64,000 bases of DNA, taken from Mantamonas sphyraenae STR306. Taxonomy: Eukaryota > Protista > CRuMs. The stretch covers positions 62,001-126,000 of the forward strand of contig JAPMXV010000020.1 in NCBI GenBank assembly GCA_026936335.1. The letters run 5' to 3'. Positions 56,898 through 64,000 of this stretch are shown in pieces. Positions within the stretch are counted from its first letter, which is position 1. Each line of letters begins with the position of its first letter. The notes beneath the pieces were generated by a model. It worked only from the letters and a program-made list of their open reading frames with translations, was not told the origin of the DNA and did no database searches. A program made the position numbers and the translations under genes.

Positions 56898-57965
56898 TCA
56901 TGTGCCACCACCTCGCCGCCTCCTCTTTTTGCCCTGCAGACGTTGCAGGGCTGCCTGTTTGGCAGCCTCGAGAGTGTCGCTGTCGATTTTGGCATCGGCT
57001 TGTGCCTTTTGTTCGGCTTCCTGTGCCGCTTGGGCAGCCTCACGCTCTGCCTTTTCGCGAAGCTGTTGCTGCAAAAACTCGGTGGATGGCGCCTGTCGTT
57101 GGTTGCCGTACGCGACGGGACGAGCGTCGATGCTGGGATGTGCAGTGTCTATGGCTGTGTCGTCGTTGTCGTCGCACTGGCACCACCGTGGCGGCCGTCA
57201 TGGTCGTCGTCGTCGTCGTCGTCGTCGCGTGGCCGTTTGCGCGAGTCTGCTGTGTGTTGGGCCGTGCTGGGTGGCGATGGTGGGTTCTGTGCCGTGCCAG
57301 TATCCACGGCGCTTGTGGTTTGTTCCGGAATCACCTCTTCCACGATGGTGTCTGGCTGCTGCGTGCCCACGCGCGCCGTTGAGCATGTTGCGATGAAAGT
57401 CTGCCAACCCCGCACGACGACGCACATCATTGGCTCGCTCCTCCTCTTCCTTGCGCTTCTGCTCCTGTTCCCATTCTTCCATTTGTTTCTTGTGTTCGTA
57501 GTAGGCGCCCGTGACAAAGGCTTCCTTGTCGTCAAACTGCCCGCCTTCCGCCTCGAGCTCCCGCGCCGCCGCACGCTCCTTGCGCCTCTGGCTCTCCATT
57601 TCTCGCTCCCGCGCCGACTTGAACAGGTGTTGGATGATGCGAGGTTGCAAGTCCTGAGCCTGCGCGGCCTTTTTCGCAGCAAAGGCGTCCCGCTTCCCGC
57701 TAAACTCGTCGTATTGCTCGTCGTACTGGTAGGCTGTGGGATCCTCGGCCAACACGGCCTGTTGCTTCTGCACTTCCGATGCTCTCAGGGCCTCCTGGGC
57801 ACCGCTCACCTTTGTCAGTTTGCCTTGGGCGAGCAGATTGCCCTCTTTGGCAGCTTGAGCAAACACATTGGGCTTGGGCTTGGGTTTGCGGCCCTTGGTC
57901 GCCTTTTTCGGGTTCTTCTTGGGCAGGTTGAGTCCCACAGAGATAGACGGGGGATTGGTTGACAT
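56898..57965 (-). CDS. NSRP1: Nuclear speckle splicing regulator NSRP1/CCDC55-like; two frameshifts (about 57370 and 57175)
   Basis: LAEDPTAYQYDE, QPRIIQHL...RKER...E.E...FDDKEAFVTGAY; C-terminal AAKQAALQR. Confidence 0.85.
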
Positions 57966-58053
57966 TCCACTTTCCAGGGGCGGGTGGTTCGGACTGGGTG
58001 CGGCAGCGGAGACACTGAAACCATTAGCACCAAACAGTGACACCAAGAGCAGC

Positions 58054-59509
58054 ATGTCTACCAGCGAAGGAAGCAGCGAGACAAAGACAGGCTTGTTGGC
58101 CGACTACAACCAGTTTCTGACCAAGGAGTCGCAGATGCGTCAGGAATCGCCCATCCGAGCGCTGTACCCGCTGATGCGCATCCCAGGCATGATCTCCCTC
58201 GGCGGCGGGTTGCCCAATCCCGGTAGGTTGGAGGGGTAGATGGGTGAGGAGTGTGTGGTGGATACGGGGGAGGGTGTGTGCGCTGACACGCGCGGGGACG
58301 CTTTGGCAGAAATGTTTCCCTTCCAGGAGCTTCAGGTGACGCTGAAAGACGGGACGACGCTGAAGCTGGAGGGGTCGACTCTGGACCAGGCGATGCAGTA
58401 TTCGCCGTCTTCAGGAATGGCCAACACGGTGGAGGTGATGAAGAAGCTGCAAGAGGATGTGCATGGACGCAAGGTGGGTTCCGACTGGGATCTGTGTTTC
58501 ACCACGGGCTCTCAGGACGCACTCTACCGTGCAGTGGACATGCTCCTCACGGAAGGAGACGCCATGCTGACGGAAGACCCGACATACACGGGTCTGCTTG
58601 CCATGGTGAAGCCGATGGGCATCACGTGCGTCGGTGTGGAGACGGACGACGGGGGCATCGTGCCCGAGGCCCTGGAGGATACGTTGGCAGGGTGGGACGA
58701 GGCTGAACGGGGGTATGCCAAGCCCAAGGTGCTTGCATGTGATCCCCACGGGTCAGAACCCGTCGGGGGCGACGCTGTCGGTGGAACGGAAGCAGGCAGT
58801 GTACGAGATTGCGTGCAAGCACAATCTGATTGTGCTCGAGGACGATCCGTACTATTACCTGTCGTTCAAGGAGGAGTACGAAGCGAGCCTGTGGAGCATG
58901 GACACAGAGGGACGGGTGTTGCGCTTCGACTCGTTCTCCAAGGTGTTGTCCTCTGGCATGCGCGTGGGTGTGGTGAGTGGACCCACTCCATTGATCCACC
59001 GCGTGGTGTTGAGCATGCAAGTGTCGTCGTTGCACAGCAGTGGACTGGTGCAGGGCATTTTCACCGCGCTGATGCAACAATGGGGCCTGGACGGGTGGAA
59101 CGCACACATTGCGGGCGTACGGGAGTTTTACAAACAGCGACGTGACCTGTGTTGTGCCTTTGCAGACAAGTATGTGGGCGACAAGGCCACATGGACGCCT
59201 CCGCAGGCGGGAATGTTTCTGTGGTTCAAGCTCAACGGCATCGAGGACACGGGCGAGCTCATCTACACCAAGGCGGTGAGCAAGAAGGTGCTCTTGCTGC
59301 CAGGCAAGGTGTTTTCGCCGCTCAACAACGACGATGTCAAGTCGCCGTACGTGCGTGCGAGCTTCAGCCTCGCCACCGAAGAGCAGATGGAGGAAGCCAT
59401 GCGTCGTTTTGGTGAGCTTTTGGAAGAGGCGATTGCTGAGAGTGGAGCAGCGGGTGAGGCGGACAATGACGAGACGGTGGCGGAGGATGAGGAGGAAGAA
59501 GAGGAGTAG
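58054..59509 (+). CDS. AADAT: Kynurenine/alpha-aminoadipate (aromatic amino acid) aminotransferase, class I PLP enzyme; frameshift near 58735
   Basis: Intron 58223-58309. SPIRAL...MISLGGGLPNP, TTGSQDAL, IPTGQNPSG, EDDPY, PLP-Lys motif DSFSKVLSSGMRVG. Confidence 0.9.
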
Positions 59510-59540
59510 GTGCGTGGAGTGGTGCGCCCGAAGAGCCACA

Positions 59541-60098
59541 ATGAAGCTTTTTGTCAAGACAGAAGAGGGAGAGACAGAGGCGGTGGATGGAGTGGAGGAG
59601 ACAGCGACGTGCAAGGAACTGCTGGTGCAGCTTGACGAAGCTATTGGGGTGCGCACGTGGAGCGTAGTGTTTGGCGACCGTGTGCTCGTGCCATTGGACA
59701 CGCCTGTGGCCAGCTACGATCTGGTGGACGGATCTATCCTCCATCGCATGCTCAGGTTGGATCTGAAGGAGTCACAACCATTCTGGGTGACGGTGGAGCG
59801 ACCAAACGGAGTCACGCAAATGATCGAGGCGTTTGCCGAAGAAACCGTGGCTGCCGTGTGCGCCAGGGCCAGGAGAGCCATCGGACAGCCCTTTTTAAGT
59901 GAGGAGGGCATGTTCTTGCAGTACGATGGGCGTCGAGTGGCGGAGGAGGAGGCTGAGCTGGCCTTTGGTGACTTTGTCGGAGACTCGGAGTGGATTCAAG
60001 GAACGTTCACGTGTGGGTATGACCCCATCACCATCGAGGGGGAGGAGGAGGAAGAGGGTGGACAACAGGGTGGAGTGTCTGGAGGAGAATCGCAGTGA
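59541..60098 (+). CDS. Divergent protein with two tandem ubiquitin-like domains and an acidic tail (paralog 1)
   Basis: MKLFVKT..G...VVFGDRVL...TPVASYDLVDGSILHRMLRL aligns by eye to ubiquitin; a second beta-grasp-like unit follows (VTVERPNG...ETV...LQYDGRRV). Confidence 0.7.
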   Translation: MKLFVKTEEGETEAVDGVEETATCKELLVQLDEAIGVRTWSVVFGDRVLVPLDTPVASYDLVDGSILHRMLRLDLKESQPFWVTVERPNGVTQMIEAFAEETVAAVCARARRAIGQPFLSEEGMFLQYDGRRVAEEEAELAFGDFVGDSEWIQGTFTCGYDPITIEGEEEEEGGQQGGVSGGESQ

Positions 60099-60144
60099 AC
60101 CTGCGCACAGCCGAGCAAAAGAACAGAACAACGGGGGGTCGTGG

Positions 60145-60756
60145 ATGGGGAAGCTCAGTCTGTGGGTGAAGACCGTGGTTGCACGCATCGTAGAGATTAC
60201 AGATGTGGAGGAGGACTGGACAGCGGCTCAGTTGGTGCAGCACATCGACCGAAGCGAAGCCTACGCGTCGATTGGGCCACCGCTCGACTGCAGTATCCTG
60301 GTTCACCGTGGAAAGCTGTTCATGGCCAACGACACGCCAATATCAGAGTTTGGAATGGTGCCAGGTTCGGAGGAGGCGATTCACTCTGTGCTTCGGAGCG
60401 TGGGAGCGAAAACGAACACGTTCCAGTTTCTCCTCCCCAGCGGAACGCAGTTTTCCGCGACCATCTCCTTGGACTTGACGATGATGAACGCGTATGCACT
60501 GGTGCAGAGGTTCATCGGCAAACCGTGGAACGAAAAGAAGATCCGGGTGTTGCACGATGGGTTGCTTTTTGCAAACGACGCAAACGCAAACGTGCGCGAG
60601 GTTCTGCTGCAAGGGAACACCCTGTCTCCAGGGCTAATCACCGTTGAGTTGATGGAAGAGGACGAGGAGGGGGAAACGGAGGACGTGGACGTGGAAGTTG
60701 TGCTGGAAAATGAGGACGGAAGCTCGACGGAGCAGAGCGAGGCTGTGGTGTCGTGA
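60145..60756 (+). CDS. Divergent protein with two tandem ubiquitin-like domains and an acidic tail (paralog 2)
   Basis: LSLWVKT...ILVHRGKLF..DTPISEFGM......IHSVLR, then a second unit (FQFLLPSG...IGKPW...IRVLHDG). Confidence 0.62.
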   Translation: MGKLSLWVKTVVARIVEITDVEEDWTAAQLVQHIDRSEAYASIGPPLDCSILVHRGKLFMANDTPISEFGMVPGSEEAIHSVLRSVGAKTNTFQFLLPSGTQFSATISLDLTMMNAYALVQRFIGKPWNEKKIRVLHDGLLFANDANANVREVLLQGNTLSPGLITVELMEEDEEGETEDVDVEVVLENEDGSSTEQSEAVVS

Positions 60757-60758
60757 AG

Positions 60759-60804
<46 letters not shown>
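60759..60804. repeat. Compound (CA)n(GA)n intergenic microsatellite
   Basis: cacacacacacacacacagagagagagagagag... Confidence 0.95.
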
Positions 60805-60807
<3 letters not shown>

Positions 60808-60870
60808 CACATTGGTTGCCAAATTGCTTTTCTGCTTCTGTGTGTGCACTGCCTCTGCCAAGCAATTGAC

Positions 60871-63800
60871 ATGGCGTGGAAGTCTTTCTTGTCCGCGGGG
60901 GAGGCGACGGACTTTTCTCAGTGGGAAAGCGATGAGGAGGAGGAAGAGGACGGTGAGCTGGAAAAGCAGTATGGACGCTCCGGGAACATGGGAAGAGAGG
61001 ATGTGGAGAACGACGTGGACGACGAGGAAGACGAGGACGACGAGGACATTTTCATGGCAAGGAGGATCAGCCCGCGTGCTGGAAAGAAGCAGTCCGGAGG
61101 GCAAGGCACACAGGCAAGCGCAGGTGCACGGAGGTCGAGAGCAAGCAGCGTGAGCAGTGCAGGCAGTGCAGGAGACCTGAGCATCGAGGAAAAGGCTGGG
61201 TCGTGGCAGGTGAGTGTGAGCGACTCGTCAACGGAATTTGGCGCGCGTGAAACGAAACACACGAGGCCGTGGGCAGACACTGACACGGCAGACGGACAAT
61301 CTCACACGCATGCACATGCCATTCACACAGGCGCGTAGAATCACAGTGTATCGCAACGGTGAAGTTCGAAAGGGCAGGGAAACGACGGTGCTCGTGCGAG
61401 TGCACGACGAGCTGCCGGCAGTGTTGGATGCGTGCACCAAGCGGCTCAAGATGAGCTTTGCAGCACGGCGACTGTACAGCTGGACGGGAGAACGTGTGCG
61501 TGACGTGGAGAGTTTGAGTGAGGATGTAGAGTATGTGGTGACGACGGGGGAGGCGTTCAAAAAGGACCGCTTCAAGGCTCGCAAGCAAGACGGCAGCGGA
61601 AGCGGTGGCAGCGGCGTACGCGCAGATGCCGCTCCGGCAGTGGCCAACCACCAAACCAAAAGCAACCGAGAGCGCATACGGGCACGCGAAGAGGCACGCA
61701 AGGCCAAACAAGGCGGTGCAAATGCAGGTGCCAAGAGCAAAAAGCTGAGCCGGGAGTCGATGCAACATCTGTCCAGGCTGGCTCAACCCAAACACCAGGC
61801 AAAGATGGCCGGGCGGCTGTTGCCACCCAAGAAGAACTCGCGCAACAAGGCTACATTTTCCCCGTTGTATGACGACCTGGACGGCGGTTCGGACGAGGGC
61901 AACTCGCTGGAGATGGACGACGTCGACGAAGACCTCACCCTGTACAAACACACGCCTTCGCACAGTCCTGTGCAGGACCACACAAGCAAGAGGGGCAAAG
62001 CAACGACGGAGCAACACCGTCGCCAACAGCAAACCAGGCAAGCACGTTGTGTTTCGCGAACCTGTGAGCGAGACGCAGGGCGACGGCAGCACACGCCGCG
62101 GCAGACAGCAGCAGCAGACGCAGCAACAGGAAGCACGACGGGCATTGGATGCAGAGCGATCGCCACCGTCGGTGCAGCAGATCATGCAGGGGTTGCGGCG
62201 ACGCACAAACGGAGAGGAGGGTGCAGAGGAGTCTCTGCACAGCGACGAAGAAGACCAAGACGTTCAGCCAAGCACACCCATGCGTGGCGTGCATGATGCC
62301 GTGGCCGGCATCAAGGAGCAACGTGGTCAGGGAGGCAACGCATCGCTGTTTAGTCCTTCGCCATTCAAAGGAGGCACGTCCACGTCGTCCTCGTACGCAT
62401 CCAGCAGCAGCAGCAGCAGCAGCAGCGGGTCGTGGTCGACGAAGGGTTTACACAGGAGGAGCTGGAAGACGAAGGGTGTACGATGACAGTGAGGATGATG
62501 ATGATGACGAGGGTGACCACGCGGTGGGACAGGGGAAAGAGCACCAAGAGGAGGAGCTGTGGATGGACGAGGAGAGCGAGCAGACGAGAGAAATGGCGCC
62601 GTTGGAAGTGGTGGAGGCCATTGCAGCAAGCATGCCGGCCACGGAAGAGGTGAGAGAGGTGGTTGCACGTGCTGTGGGCGAAGCGTGGGGTCGCATGGGC
62701 GAGGAAGAACGACGAGCGCTGAGGGAACATGTGCAAGGGACGCAACATGCAAAGGATGCGTGGATGAGTGAGCAGCTGCAGCGACTGTGGCGCAGTAGGA
62801 TGTGTCCAGAGGTGGATGTGGATAGGCTGAACTTTCTGGAGGCGATGGACGAGCGAGCCACAAGCGTGGTGCGACACTTTCGCCACAGCACAAGTGTACA
62901 TAGCAGCACGCTGGTACGACTGGCCATTGTGGGGCCACGACGATCGGGCAAAACCACCCTGCTGTACCTTGCGGCGCGTGCGCTGCTGACGGAACTGGTG
63001 GCAAACGGCGAGTGGGCAGACACGTTTGTCTTTGTCGTCAACTGGAAACGATTGCTGCTGGACGTGGGCATCATCGACCAGCTCTTTCTGGTCATGATTG
63101 AAGCCACCGTGGAGCAACTCAGCGCCCAGCGCCCGGACTTGGCGGCGTATGCGGACGAACTCAGCGTGCACCTGCAATCACAAATCACAGACGGACCGGT
63201 GGCGCGGTTGAGTGCCGAGTTTCGCGAGACATACGCACCGCAATTGGTGCGCTTGCAGCTGCTCGCGACGAATCTGCAACGTGCGTGGAACGACAATGCC
63301 AAGCTGGATGAGTTTACAAAGCTGTGCACGCAGCTGCCCGTGTACATGAGCCAAATCTTTGGTTTCCAGCAGGTGTGCTTTGTGTTTGACAATCTGGACG
63401 CCACGCAGCTGCTGTTCAAGAACGGCAACCGCACAAGCAAACCCCTGTGCAACCTGCTCAAGGAGACACTGAGCGAACACAGCGCCATTGTCAGCGCCTC
63501 GCGCACAGGCCTGCTGTACAACCTGTTTCGTGACAACGACGGCTCGCAGCTCGTGTTCACCAGCACCGCAGACGTTGTGTCCAGCGTTCGCTTCGACGAA
63601 GAGTTTGGGCAGAGCGTGCCCGCCGAGTGGTTTTCCTTTGCCTTTGAGAGTCAGGAGAGCGTGCAGCTGAAGTACGAGCATGTGGGTGGACCCCCAGGCC
63701 TGCTCACACAGTATGTGCAGCTGGCACTCATGCTGGACGAGATGCAGGACAACTGGGGCGACAATCGCATCCACCTGAGCAAAGACGAGGAAGACGAGAG

Positions 63801-64000
63801 CAGTGCCATGGCCGGCTCAGCAGACTCGGCCTGTGTGCTGCGACTGGACACGGCCGCGGGGCAGGAGGCCCATCTGCTGGCGAGCATGGTCACCATCGAA
63901 CTGCTGGTCAATTGTGGCCTCATTGTCACGCAAGACAGCAAGAGCAGGCAGGCCACGCTGGCAAAGGGCAAGCCGGTGCCCATGCTACTCAACAAGCGCC
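60871..64000 (+). CDS. Doublecortin-domain protein with a C-terminal P-loop NTPase; frameshifts near 61995 and 62450-62480; runs off the window
   Basis: Intron 61210-61330. DCX: RRITVYRNG...LDACTKRL...ARRLYSWTGERV...L....EYVVTTGEAF. RLAQPK motif. Walker A GPRRSGKT at 62932-62955; Walker B-like VCFVFDNLD near 63375-63400. Confidence 0.7.

Noticed and set aside
1-64000. Transposons, tRNA or rRNA genes, pseudogenes
   Set aside because: No transposase/RT motifs, terminal repeats, cloverleaf or rRNA sequence recognised. Frameshifted genes keep intact motifs and have no nonsense decay pattern, so they are not called pseudogenes.

Overview
Gene-dense, GC-rich eukaryotic (protist-like, probably flagellated given TTLL5 and DCX genes) nuclear DNA. 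About 30 protein-coding genes tile the window almost without gaps. Introns are GT-AG (5' GTRNGT, branch point CTGAC/CTAAC), and many hold (CA)n/(TG)n tracts or long hairpins. Genes are mostly head-to-head pairs with ATGs 48-231 bp apart; several same-strand neighbours are only about 30-60 bp apart, and one pair appears to overlap. Recognisable housekeeping genes: ATE1, WDR89, mitochondrial PheRS, TM9SF3, LSm6, BiP, Ulp1/SENP, TTLL5, NADP-IDH, bystin, a mitochondrial carrier, PKA-C, NSRP1 and an AADAT/Aro8-type aminotransferase. Several long genes carry 1-2 nt frameshifts that look like long-read consensus errors. Most notable: (i) an unannotated, highly structured + strand RNA candidate (about 13185-13416) with H and ACA boxes, divergent from LSm6; (ii) a two-domain membrane cyclase with inverted C2-C1 order but ATP-specifying residues, head-to-head with PKA-C; (iii) a roughly 2,770-aa TPR / 15-residue coiled-coil array / RasGEF gene; (iv) an ArgRS-N-like tRNA-binding insert in ATE1; (v) a UPRE-rich, folded intron in BiP; (vi) divergent ubiquitin-system genes (two tandem di-Ubl genes, a pseudo-USP, a Trx-PUL fusion). 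No rRNA, tRNA, CRISPR or recognisable transposon was seen. All family calls come from motif recognition by eye, not from database searches.
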